From the NCBI GenBank assembly GCA_951406725.2, contig OX597833.1, forward strand, positions 7,378,001 through 7,442,000: a stretch of DNA of 64,000 nt. The letters are read 5' to 3'. Origin of the DNA: Octopus vulgaris. Its lineage: Eukaryota. The notes beneath the pieces were generated by a model. That model was given only the letters and a program-made list of their open reading frames with translations. It was not told where the DNA came from and ran no database searches. How positions within the stretch are numbered: the stretch's first letter is position 1; each line of letters begins with the position of its first letter. Of the stretch, positions 13,050 through 27,526 are shown in pieces. The position numbers were made by a program, and so were the translations under genes.

Positions 13050-14581
13050 TGTATGTGGTACAATTCGCTACGGTACTATACAGATCACTGTGGCACTGTA
13101 CACAATGCTATGGTACAAGAGAGCCCACTGCAGCACCATACATATGATACCATACATTTCTCTACAGTACCTTACATGTGATACAGCTCCTTCCAGTTCT
13201 CTATGACTCACCCTGTTCAGTAGGTGAGTTACATTGCCCTACTGTAGTCAACAGTACCCTAGAATGCCTCTTTCAGCTGTACCTGGGGTACTTATATTCA
13301 ATGCTCTCGTATCAGTATACAAAGGATTCATTGTATTTACTGTTATCATGGACCCTTTATTTCGTTTTTTGTTAGTTTTGTCTGGAAGAAGGGGAAATAT
13401 CCTTGACCTTTGCTGTCCTTTCAAGGTCACTGAAATTGACGTCATTAACATTCTGCTTAAATTTTTACAAGTCAAGAACTGCAGTGATGGAACTCCAGTA
13501 GATGGTCATTCAGGGGAGGAAAGGGTGGAAGAAGGCATAGATTATGTGGGGCCTTGAAGGTTGGACACAAGTTAAGGGATATGGGAAAGATCAGTGTGTA
13601 GAGAACAGTCCCTCTGTGGAGACGACACAAGACTAGATAGATCTAAGGAAGAGCAGAGGCTGTTGTGGTAGTGGTAGCAAAGACAGAGGGAGGTGACATC
13701 ATATTTGGTGATCAGAGATAGGGGTGCATTGGTGTGTGATTCCATGCCAATAAAACAAATGGCCATTCTTTGGATGCCATCTATTGTGTTTGTGTGTGTG
13801 ACTGAAGCAGCACCATGCTAGATGTGAGAACCAATAAACTCCTGTGAATGACATGGAAACAGCATTTCATTGTGGATCTCACGTGAGATAGAGGCAGGCG
13901 AGAAGGGTTAGAAATGGTCAGAGTTGATGTTCTGGCTTTGAAGAGAAAAGCTAATTTTTAAGATATGCTCTAGAATATACTGTATGAGCAGCAGCAGCAG
14001 CAGCAGATGGGGGTGGGCAATATTTCGTTGTGGGTTACGCTTGTGATTTGTGATTTGTAAAGGAGTTAATAGGAATCAAGGGCTGAAATATATTCTAGGT
14101 TTGGAAGGAGGACCAGTCTTTGAGATTCAATCTTTGGTCATGTGAACAAACTGCAACTAAAAGAACCACACAACTTATCACAGCAACAACAACAACAACA
14201 ACAACCATACCACCACCACCACCACCACCACCACCACCACCACCACCACCACCATTACAAAAAACAACAACAACAACATAACTACAGCTGACATCACCCT
14301 TTCCAACCACCATCCCCACCATCAACCTTCCTCATTGCCACCCCACCATCATCACGCCACTGCCACCTCCCCCTCCACTGACAAGTCCTCCCCCCACTTT
14401 CACTTCCTACTACTAAGCCAATGAAAAAACTTCTACGCAACTTCTTGGTCTGCAAGAAATAGCAGTTAAACTTCCCTCACATCATGCCATACCATCTTCA
14501 ATGAGGAAAGGACACGTTGGATCGAACGTCTTTGATGAGAGATCTGCTCGATCAGGGTTGGCCTAGGGTCAAACAACAACG

Positions 14582-14940
14582 CCACCACCACCACCACCAC
14601 CACCACCACCACCACCACCACCACCACCACCACCACCACCACCACCACCACCACCAACCACCACCACCACCACCACCACCATCACCACCACCACCACCAC
14701 CACCACCACCACCACCACCACCACCACCACCACCATCACCATCACCACCACCACCACCACTACCACAACCACCAACACCATCACCACCATCGTCACCACC
14801 ACTGCCATGATTAGTGCTTCCACAACATTCACTACACCTGCCACCACTACTCACTGTTAACAGCAGTAGCACTACCACTACCACCATTGTTGCCACCACC
14901 ACCACCACCACCACCACCACCACCACCATCACCATCACCA
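14582..14940. repeat. (CCA)n microsatellite
   Basis: Direct inspection. Confidence 0.95.
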
Positions 14941-15512
14941 CTCAGTCTGGTGACACCCACAGACAAATACACTGATATACACACATACAAGCAGAAACAC
15001 ACACACATATATGCATACACTACACACATCTACGCACACTATACTTATATATGCATACACACACTATACACACAAGCATACACATATACTTACACATGCA
15101 CATGCATACACTAAGCACACACACGCACACACACACATGCTATACACATACATACAAAAAATGTGCTGGACTGATGGATGTTGTGTTGAGTGGCAGTGGT
15201 GGTGGGCGAGGGTGGACCACTGCTTCACTGTTTCATGTTGCTGTTGTTGTTACTGTTGTTGTTTTGACAGTTTCTTTTCTCCTTTGTTATTTATTGTTGT
15301 GTTCAAATGGAAATTATTACAACTGTATGAAAGCCACAACATCACAGAGAATAAAGAATACAAAATGGAAATAAAAACATTTCAAGTAAAACAGAAAAAA
15401 AGGAAAACAAACCGGAATAAAACCGATCTGGGTGGCGGAAGTTAGATTTTGGTAGAATTGAAGGTAGATGGCAGGATGGGAGAAATGAGAGAAATTTTGA
15501 GGGAGAGGGAGA

Positions 15513-15608
<96 letters not shown>

Positions 15609-15995
15609 AAATCCTTCATCCGTTTCCTAAGCTTATTTTATCTTGGAACTCTTATATTTTACCAAAACTCTAAAAGCCATGGAACTCATATATTATATTA
15701 GTCATAAAATGAAACAAAAGTTGCCATAGAGAAAGAATTTATTTGTTTTAAGCATCGTTCTAATGTCCAGTTCTCTATGCTCGCATGGATCAGATAGAAT
15801 TTGTTGTTGTGGCAGATTTTTCTACAGCTGGAGGCTCTTCCAGTCACCAACTCTTATCTGTTTCCAAATAAGGTAGCATTTCCCTATGGCTGCACATGGA
15901 TTCCATATAAGACTGGAAATGAATGATGTTGTTACCTGTAGGACAGCGACAATCATTTTCAACAATCACATGAAGTCAAGAGAGGAGGACACACA

Positions 15996-16050
<55 letters not shown>

Positions 16051-16633
16051 CCCCACACACACATATATATATAGAGAGAGAGAAAGAGAGAGATAGAAAC
16101 AGGCTTCTTTCAGTTTCTTTGTACCAAATCCAGTTAAAAGGCTTTGGTTGACTCGGGGCTAAAATAAAAGACATTTGCTCAAAGTGCTGTGCAGTGGGAC
16201 TGAACCTAAGACCAGATGGTTGGAAGAAAGCAAGCTTCTTAATAACACACCCATACTTGCACCTACTAGAAGACACAGGCCCAAGCTACAGCACAGCAGG
16301 ACTGAAGCTGAAAGCACATGGTTTGTTAGACAAAACAAATACTATCTTATTATTTTGAAAATGGTAAAAACCATTTATTTATTAAATAAATCTTTATTGA
16401 AATCTTATTATCAGACATTTTATCTCATGGAACTTCAGAAATTTGATCAGGCCCCTGGGATTCTGTGAAACCCAGGTTGAGAAACACTACTTTTAATTAA
16501 CATCTAATTATGTTAAAATGTTTAATTAAACTCAATGGTATGCAAGAGTTATTGAATGACATTTTAGTTGCAATATGAACGTTTCCAAAGTAAAAGATAT
16601 ATATGTATATATATATATGTATATATATATATG

Positions 16634-16678
<45 letters not shown>

Positions 16679-17889
16679 GTATATATATATAAAAGTTAAA
16701 AACCTGTTAAGACGCAGACATTGTGAAATGCAATATAAAAGTGAACAACTTAAGCAAAGACAAAACAACAGTTGAAGTTTTACTTTGTATTTGGATATTT
16801 CGAACTTCTGAACACTTCATCAGGACATGTAGAAATGGGAGATGGAATATATAAATATATGTTTACAATAAAAAAGTGGGAGTGGCAGGCAGAAAAGAAA
16901 GAGAAAAACATAGAAGAGAAAAAGAAAGTGGAAGAGAGAAGAGACAGAAAAGGTAAAGAAGCAGGCGACATGAGCACTATTAACGATAATTGATAATTTG
17001 TATCAATCATGGACACAGAATACATAAGGAGGAACATGAAGGTGATTTGAAAGCATGCAATATGTGTGCGTGTGTGTGTGTGTGTGTATGTAGATACTGT
17101 TTGTGACAAACACTGAGGTAACACAGGTTATACACCTTGATGAGGAGGGGGCAGATTATATAAAAGAAAAGCACATCACCACCACCACCACCACCAGCAT
17201 CATGTACACCTCTTTTCTTTCTGTTTATTTCCCTTCTTTTGTCTCCAGAGTCATCCCACCTTACCTTTCTTGTCATCACACCTGTTTTTATCACTTATTT
17301 TCTTCATCATCGCATCTCTTATAAGATTCAAACACCAAATTCATCACCAAATTTTAACAATCAAAACATTAATTAACATTAAATTAGATGTATAGTAATT
17401 AGATATTAATTAAATTATAATACAATTACTACTGTATAATAATTAGCTATTAATTACAGATAAATTACTAAAATAAAAATCAGTAAACATGCAACATATT
17501 TTGAGAGTGAGGTACCCTGTAAAGCATATTGTGAGTAGGGTACTATTTTAAACACTACCTCATATACTGCTACCTGTTGTCCCTCAACTACTACTACTAC
17601 TTCTACTATCAGTCTGTACCATTCCCACAACCACCATTACTGTCTGTACTGTGACTACTACCAATGCTATTGCTCCTCCTACCCTCAATACCATTGATAG
17701 TTCCACTAAAACTACTGCCTAAACCAAGATGATACCTTGTACCACTCCTACCAACCCAATATTAACTGAATATATCCACTGACATAAGTATATGTGCTTA
17801 TATATATGTGTGTGTATACAGACATACACATATATACATGCATGTGAATACATACATATACATACATACATGTACATATATATATATAT

Positions 17890-18051
<162 letters not shown>

Positions 18052-18054
18052 TGT

Positions 18055-18129
<75 letters not shown>

Positions 18130-18293
18130 TTAGAGATAAAACCACTATTAGGCAAATCAATGATTTGCCTAATAGTGGTTTTATCTCTAATTTAATTTAT
18201 ATTTATACTGTAAAATTAGATTTAATCCTAAATCTAATTTTTCCCGGTAAGTTTGGATTTACTCCCTAATATTATGTGACCATTACGAAATAT

Positions 18294-18373
<80 letters not shown>

Positions 18374-18463
18374 TTACATGTGCATATATACTACATATGC
18401 ATTTATATATATATATGCTTACATATGTGTGTGTATGAGTATATATAAATATATGTATATATG

Positions 18464-18497
<34 letters not shown>

Positions 18498-19089
18498 GTA
18501 TATCTGTCTCTATATACTTATGTATATATATATGTGTGTGTGTGCTATTTCCCCCACCCCCTTACCCGTGACCCTAATTAATTATTCCTAATCTTGCGGA
18601 AAATCACTGAAACGCTGCTGTCTCTTAATTTGATGCTTTATGGTGTTGATGTGTGTGTGTGTGTGTAAATCAAATTGTCTGTCAATTTGTGTTTTAAATA
18701 TCTGTTTATCTATGTATGTATATAAAATAGGTATGCATGTATATAGGTATGTATGAATGCATTTGTGTGTGTGTGTGTCATATGGTCGAATATTTGCTAA
18801 GCCAGCAACCCAATTAATCCTGCTTGCCATGTCAGGTGGTTTTCATTGGACACCCCAAGCAGGATGATAAACAAAACCTATCAAGGGGCAGATGAGTTGA
18901 ATAAGTGAAAGAACTTCTAAAAGCTGGGGTTGAGAGACCCCCAAGTTTTAGTTTTGACATTGTCCTGAGAGAAAGAAAACTCTGACATAACGCATGAGAC
19001 TTTGTTAGTATCCAGTGAAGTAAATTAATTTTCGTTTTAGGAAAAGGCTAAGAGAGTGGATTTGGCCCTTTACAAAGGCTAAGGGAGTG

Positions 19090-19290
19090 GAACTGACCCT
19101 TTACAAAGCTTTTTCTCATTTGAAAAAAGCTCCAGGCATAGACGTTGCTTGATTTGAAACATCTCTGTTCTGCAGTGGATCCTACGGCTGGCCATAACTG
19201 ACAAAAGCAAAACATTCGAAGGCAAATTCCATGATGCAATGAAGGCATGCATCATCAGTGTGGATGGTAAGCTTTGTGAACCCCTGCTGC
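19090..19290 (+). mobile_element. Degenerate RTE LINE reverse-transcriptase fragment
   Basis: LYKAFSHLKKA (cf. FIDLKKAFD) and KFHDAMKACIISVDGKLCEP. Confidence 0.55.
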
Positions 19291-20167
19291 AAGAGGGACC
19301 TCTAATTGCCATTTTTATGCAAATGAATGAAGGCCCTGGGCAACACTGAAAGGTCACATCCATGTTGCTCAAGTTTAAGAGGACCAACAAACAATGGCAT
19401 TGCTTGGAATTGAACCACAAATACATGCATTTATATCGGTTTTTATGTTTATGTATGGGTGTAGACACTTTTGAAGATTTAGATAAAATGATACGCTTCC
19501 TTGCCTCCATCAGTTTGGATACTCACCTTTAACAAGGTGCCTTCATCCATCATAGGGGTGCATGTATCAACAAGAATATGGGTACCTTCAGAAACAGGGG
19601 TATCGCCGGGAATAGATACCTTGTGAAGTAAGGATTCCACTAGGAATATTGGTACCCTGAGAAATACTTGTAGCATTAAGTACTTTGAGAAGGGCAACCA
19701 CAATCAAGGACAAGGGTACTTTAAGAAGTACATGTACTTTTAAGTAGATGAGTACCTTGAGAAGTACAGTTACCATTGGGTACCTTGAAAATACAAGTAC
19801 CATCCCAGGTATGGATAGTGTCCTGGGTACCTCTGGAGCAGTAAATCTCACAATACATGAGATACAAAGGTGTCAATGGAGTGAGAGAGACATGAAATAT
19901 CAGCTTTGGTTATTTGTAGATAAATTTCTGTAGGAAGATGAAGAAGAGAAGGTGAGATGCTAGTTCTGAGGAGGGCGAATTGGCTGTGGTGTTTTGAGGG
20001 GAACACATAGCAGGCAGGAATAATGTGAGAAGAAGAACTGAGTGAATAAGGTGGACTTAGGCAGTAGAGAACGTAGCTTGCTAGTCCAATGGAGGAGCAG
20101 GAAACAGAGTTGGAGGGGAAGAAAGAGAAGCAAGTTATATCATGCATGCATTTATGCACATACATGA

Positions 20168-20211
<44 letters not shown>

Positions 20212-20314
20212 ACAAATTATATGTATATATAATTATATATACATATATGTTTATATGATTGTATGAATATATATGTATATATTTGTATTGTGTGTGTGTG
20301 TGTGTGTAGATATA

Positions 20315-20399
<85 letters not shown>

Positions 20400-20744
20400 A
20401 AAAAGGGGTTCATATGATTGTGTATAGAGGGATATATATTATTCAAAGAAATTCCAACTCGGTCTGTTTTTTATGTTTTATATATATTCTTTATAATATT
20501 AATGTAGAATATAGAATATATAGTATAAATAATATATATATAGTAAAATGAAATGAAATTAAATAAAGTGTTTCAACAGTTGAAACACTCCTGTCACAAC
20601 CTGGGACCTTGAAGACTGCTTTAATGCAAGAATGTATACTAGTCCCTTAATATTTGATATTCAATATTTCATCTATTCAATTAGACAATCAATACTTCAT
20701 TTCATTTTACTATATATATATATTATTTATACTATATATTCTAT

Positions 20745-21091
20745 GTGAAGGCACGTGGCTCAGTGGTTAGAGCGTCGAGCTTACGATCGTGAGGTTGTGA
20801 GTTCGAATCCCGGACCGGGCTGCATGTTGTGTTCTTGAGCAAGACACTTTATTTCACATTGCTCCAGTCCACATTGCTGTAGAAATGAGTTGCGACGTCA
20901 AAGGTGCCAAGCTGTATCGGCCCCTTTGCCTTTTTTCTTGGGTAACACTGGTGGCGTGGAGAGGGGAGGCCGGTATGCATGGGCGACTGCTGGTCTTCCA
21001 TAAAACAACCTTGCCCAGACTTGTGCCTCAGAGGGTAACTCTCTAGTTGCAAACCCATGGTCAGTGTCTGACCGAAGGGGTTCACCACCAC
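20745..21091 (+). mobile_element. SINE with an 11-bp target-site duplication
   Basis: ATATATTCTAT at 20734-20744 and 21092-21102; A-box TGGCTCAGTGG, B-box GTTCGAATCC. Confidence 0.88.
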
Positions 21092-21383
21092 ATATATTCT
21101 ATATTCTACATTAAAATATTACAAAGAATATAAATAAAACATAAAAAACAGACAGAGTTGGAATTCCTTTGAATAATATATATATATATTATTGTATGTA
21201 TATATATTCAGATATTTTTTGTGCTTTATGTCAATATATATATATGAACAGTTACATGTGTATGTATCTATATATGTGTATGTATAGATGTGCATTTCTA
21301 TGTATGTATACATGTTTTGTCTGTATGCGTGTGTGTCTTTACGTGTCGGCTGATTGCTAACGATACCCTGCCTCCGTTATTAG

Positions 21384-21497
21384 CAGACTGACGACTCAGC
21401 TGGAGCTGAGATGCTGGGCAAGGTGTCACCCTTACGCAAGAAAATTAGGAAGGTCATATGCAAGTCCCGTCGTGACCCTTCTTATTATGATGATTAG
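21384..21497 (+). CDS. Probable terminal coding exon of the same gene ((Q)[36 protein letters not shown])
   Basis: TAGCAG (NAGNAG) acceptor, phase 0, complex protein-like sequence amid microsatellites, TAG at 21495-21497. Confidence 0.65.
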   Translation, partial: QTDDSAGAEMLGKVSPLRKKIRKVICKSRRDPSYYDD

Positions 21498-21657
21498 TTG
21501 CCCCAACACTGTTGTCAGGTCAGCTAGGAGGGTAGGTATACCGATTCACATATTTCTGCATCTCACTCACATATATACATATGAATATACATACATACAT
21601 ACATACATACATACATACATACATGCATACATACATTCATGTATGTATGTTTATATG

Positions 21658-21695
<38 letters not shown>

Positions 21696-21776
21696 TGCAC
21701 ACACTCATTCACTCACAAACAATTACATAAGATACATACAAATATATGTGTATATGTATATGTGTATATATATATA

Positions 21777-21922
<146 letters not shown>

Positions 21923-23414
21923 TACATACACATGTATATTTGAATACATTTATACACACATAATTCCGTATAGATATATATAATTAGTGTGTATATACAT
22001 TAACAGTTATGATAATAATGAAGAAAAATACTTAACACAAACACAGGGTCAAAAATTTAGAAGGGAGAAGTGATTAAATGGACAAAGCATACAATAAAAA
22101 TAACAACAACAATAGTAATAATAAAAATAGCAACGATAATAATAATACTAATAATGATTTCAAATTTTGGCATACACCTGGAAATTTGGAAGCGATGGGG
22201 TAAATTGATTGGATTTCCCCCAATACACAACTGGTACTTTATTTTAGCAACCTGAAAGGATGGAAAGCAAAAACTGACCTTCACTGGGTCTGGACCCACA
22301 AAGGAAAAAACTGGAAGAAATGTCACAAAGAATTTTGTCCAATAAACTAACAATTTTACCAATTTTCACTACATTGATTACAATGAAAATAACAACAACA
22401 ATAATAATAATAATAATAATAATAATGATGATGATGATAATGATAATTATGATAATAATATCATTATTAATGATGATGACGCACTAAAATTAGGTATGCT
22501 GGGAGATAACGAGGTAAATAAATGTTCTTTTACTTACTTACACAGCATATATATATATATACACACATACACGCACTCATATATATATGTGCACACAGAC
22601 ATGGAGTATATTGTCATTTGAACACACAACTTTCTTGTTATAAAAATTGCTCAAGCTTCACACTACAATCGCACCCACCACACTTTGCTTCATTTATGTT
22701 TGCTTATATATATATATATATATATATACACATTGCATGTATTTATATCAATGTGAAAATGTTACATGAAACGCTACTACTAATACGGTTCTAATATATA
22801 TGTCACACATTTTGATTCTTATGTAAATATTTTCATTTAAATATATTATGCTAAATGCTTTTATTTCATGTTTATCTGTTCATGTACAACATAAGATATA
22901 TAACTGAAATAAAACACGTGTGTATGTATACATACAGATGAAAGGGCCGATGAAAGGGAGTTGCATGCAACACATTTAATAGAATTTACCATTTAAGAAG
23001 AGTTTAACTTAGTTCCATGCAACGTAGAGTTTCACAGACTCAAAAAAAGAATCTATTTCATTCGGCTCCTATTAAATATATTCTGCACTTGCTCTGTATA
23101 TATCTACCTGTCTATATATATATAGAGGCACATTTGTCATCCAAACTTTATCTGCCCACCACTACAGAACACTGAAGAGATGGAGATGGCATGGAAGATT
23201 TCCTTGCCTCTTGGTAGAAACGACCATAAGGAACTAGTACCTTGTGACAATCTTATCTTTTGCTCTTTTCTGTAATATTAGTACAGGTGTATGTAATACA
23301 TGGTTATTACATGTGTATGTATTCTTCTAATACATTCGAATAAATAGACATACTAGAATGTCTACCGGTGACTGATGTATGTTGTTTTGCATCCTCTCCA
23401 TTTACTTATTTGCC

Positions 23415-23477
<63 letters not shown>

Positions 23478-23678
23478 AATAATATATTATTATTATTAAT
23501 ATAAGGAAATTAAGATCCAAACTCATTATAAAGATATACCTGTGTGAAAATACTAATTGTATTAAAAATATATGTAAAATAAATAAATATAAATATATAT
23601 AAAAATATATGTAAATATGTATAAATATAATGCATAAATAAATTTGATAGTTTAAAAGTTTTGAATTAATAATTTAAA

Positions 23679-23772
23679 ACATCTTACGATCGTTTCACAG
23701 AAGAGTTGTCCCTATAATGGAATCCTATATTGATAAGCATTTATATACAACTCTTCTGCTCTTCAGAGATAT
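23679..23772 (-). ncRNA. Type I hammerhead ribozyme motif (Penelope-like element type)
   Basis: Minus strand: stem I ATATCT - CTGAAGA - stem II GCAGAAGAGTTGT / 37-nt loop / ACAACTCTTCTGT - GAAA - C GATC G TA | AGATGT; predicted cleavage after GUA, between 23685 and 23684. Confidence 0.7.
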
Positions 23773-24011
23773 AAAATATGAATATTGTATAATATAATAT
23801 AATGATAGTTTTTTTTTTTAAATTTGAAGTAAAACTGTAAAATGGTGTTTGTTTGAAATATAAATTTAAAATTACTACTTTTGATGAGTATTTTTTTTTT
23901 TTTGAAAGTGTGTGTGTGTGTGTTTCTGTTTTGCTCTTCATATTTTCTCATTTTTTTTATTATCAGAAACAGTTGTTTTATTATTTTTATATATTTTTCT
24001 CTTCTCCACAG

Positions 24012-24038
24012 ACAAGGTATGTGAGACGTGTCTATTAA
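24012..24038 (+). CDS. Candidate alternative terminal exon (TRYVRRVY*), followed by 3'UTR-like AT-rich sequence
   Basis: Very strong acceptor ttttctcttctccacag; phase 0 gives 8 aa plus TAA; could instead be a non-coding 3'UTR exon. Confidence 0.4.
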   Translation, partial: TRYVRRVY

Positions 24039-24586
24039 AAGACGTTGGAAGGACAAGCAAGAACAACAACGAAATAAAAAGACAACAGATTTGATAAAGA
24101 AATACCCCTTAACCCACTTTCAAAAGAAATGAAAAAGAAAAAAAACACAATATTAATTTTAATTAAATTTTATTTAATTTAAAAACAAATTTTAATAACT
24201 GAACTCTTGGAACTTTGGTAAACTCCACCCACCCCACTGGATTGTAATTCTTATAATTTCTATTAATTCTGCCGTAGCAATGATAGCAAATGAACACACA
24301 CGCATACACCAACATAAACACACACAAATATTAGCTTGCCTCCTGCCTGCAAGTAAATCGGTGACCTTTGCCACCACGTGTCCGCCTGACTTTTCGTGCC
24401 ACATTTCGTATCCTGTCTCTCTTATTTCTGATCTGGTTTTCTGACCTGCTTCCTCTTTAATTAATGGTTAATTAACTGATTAAAAATAATGATAATAACA
24501 ATAATAATAATAAAGAACTTTTTGAAAACTATAAATAAATCTCTGTTTCTACTAATATACATATATACACAATCACATACAGGTTG

Positions 24587-24631
<45 letters not shown>

Positions 24632-25297
24632 ACAGGTATTGAAGTATGTATATACAATATACATATAAGTGTGTGTATACAAATAAATAAATAAATATAT
24701 ATATATATATAGAAACACACGCACATTTTCATATATATATATATGTATATATATACACACACACACACTTATATAAATGCATTGATATACGGGAAATAAG
24801 TATAAATTCTATAAGATCAACATTTAATGTGTTGATTGGCGATTTTTTGAATTAGGTGTGGTTGCAGATGCAGTGGCTTTCTGCTGTTCTCTTCTGAATG
24901 GAAGAATAACAAGATTCCAGCTCAAAAAACCTTTTTTCTCAAAAGACTTCTGTGAACTTTGAGCACAACAACCATGGAACCATGGAACTTTTACTTGAAA
25001 TATATAAACATAGACACATCCATATATATATATATATATAGATATATAGATATATATGTGTATATATATATATATGTATGAATGTATGAATGTATGTACT
25101 CTCTATCACACTTGTGTGGCATAAATATTGAGAGATGATCGTGTATTTATAAAAATATACATATATATTTATATACATACATATTGATACACATACATAC
25201 ATACAAGACCATGTTTTGTTTATACACATATACATCTACATTATATACATGTGTATATATATATATGTGTGTGTGTATGTACATGTGTATACAATGA

Positions 25298-25349
<52 letters not shown>

Positions 25350-26405
25350 CAGTGAGTCTTTTTTCTTTTCTCCTCTTTTGCACAATGAATGTGGCTACAT
25401 GTTTACTTGACTCTTTCCTTCTTTCTTTTTCTTTCTTTCTTTAACTTATTCATTTTTTGTAATTCAAACAATTTTCTCTGAAATGAAGTTTTTACAATTT
25501 CAAATATTTTTCTTCTGACAATTTTTTTTTTTTTTTTCCAAATTTTCTTTCGATTTTTATGTTCTATTTTTGTTTTATGAAAAATCAATTGAATTGATTT
25601 CACTTATTTTTTGTTGTCTTTGATGTTAATTGCAAGTAATTTTCGACTTTATTCTTATTTACCAAATCTGCGTTTGCTGGGAAAAAAACAAAGATGGTGA
25701 AATAAGAATGACCACCCTCCATTCACTGACACCAAGTTTTTAGTTTTGAAACACGAATAAAAATAAAAAGAGGATGGCATATAAACAAATACACACAAAT
25801 ATGCAAAATACATTTCTATACAAACCTTCTGCCTGAAATTTACATAAATACACACGCAAACGCACACGCTTATAGAAATACACACATGTATAGAATATAT
25901 GTATCTACACACACACACACATACATATGCATAGTGCACCACACCTAGGTTCCTTTCTAATTATTTTGAGGTAAATGTTATTACGTAATTATCAAACATT
26001 ATCATCAGTAAATACATACGCAGAAATTTGCAGACAGCACATGCATGCATGCATGCACAGTTGCAGATAGTACACACAAACTGAAAATGCACATTTAAGT
26101 GTGTACACATTTGTGTGTATGTGTGTGTGTGCATATATATATATATATGTATATATATACACATATATGTATATATACACATATACATACACATAACTGG
26201 GAGAAGAGAATACTCAATACATGATGTAGAGTATATGAATTTTATTTATTGTTTTTTTTTTTAAAGCTGAATAAAACTGCAGTAGTTACTGAGGCACTTG
26301 AGTTTTGTGTTGAACAGTTGATAAACAGAAAACTCTACTGTTTAATAACAAATGAAGTTTTTTTTAGCTACAATTTTATATATATATATCTATACAATAC
26401 ATATG

Positions 26406-26465
<60 letters not shown>

Positions 26466-27526
26466 TCATGGAATGCACCCAGGAGGATATCAAGAAGCAT
26501 CCAATGTACACGTGATCTTCATTCATGTAATAATACTTAAAACGGTAATGTAGATCTGATCCCATCAATCAAAGATGTTTACCTTTATAAAAATGATAAT
26601 AATAATAATAATAGTAATAATAAGGATGATAGTTATTACATTTATAAACCATCATCATCATCGTCGTCATTTTAACATCTATTTTTCCTTGCTTAGGAAA
26701 TTCTTCAAGGCAGATTTTCCGCAGTGTCGTGCTCTTCGATGGTTCCTTAGCAAGGTAATATGTTCTCCTGGTGATGCAAATAATAAACTGCCCAGAGGCT
26801 GGGTCATGTTTCTGGAGATGATTGCAAACAAATGACACACTATGTATGGTTGTGATGTTTGCTTGCAATTGGTGGTGTGTGATTCCAAGACAAGGGGACA
26901 TGCATGTGCACACATAAGTACGTGTATATATATATATATATATATGCAACGCACACAGATTTCTCGTCAGATTCTATCAAATAATACTCACATAGCAATA
27001 AGAAGAAGAGTCACAATAATGATAATAATAATAATAATAATGGTTACTAGTTGAGGCCCATGGCCAGAGAGTTCAAAGAGAGGAGGCTGGTTGATACAAT
27101 CATGCATCACTGGTGCTTTATTTTTATCGCCCCAGGAAGGGTGAAGAACAAACTTGACCTCAACAGAAGTTCAACTTTACCTTTTAATAATAATGATGAT
27201 GATGATGATGATGATGACGATGATGATGATGGCGTGATAAGGGCTCAACAAAAGCAGGAATAGGAATTAGTGTAAACTGCCAGACTGATTTCTTGGTTTG
27301 TTTTTAGTGAATTTTTTTTTTTTGAGAATGTTTTTTTTGTTCCAAATTAATTTTTGTATAATTATTGCCATTAAAATATAAATAAATAAGACAATGACTG
27401 AACCAAGAGGTGTATTATTGTCATTTTCAGTGTGAAAGAGTTCAAGGAGTATTTCATAGGGATATCCAGTTGGGGTCACAATAATTTCATTCCCTTTCAC
27501 AGCACCGTGACCCTTCGAGGAATTTA

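Noticed and set aside
13234-13770. Non-repetitive ORFs of 64-107 aa
   Set aside because: No coherent splice sites or protein similarity; the minus strand looks like a decayed LINE 3' end, too weak to call
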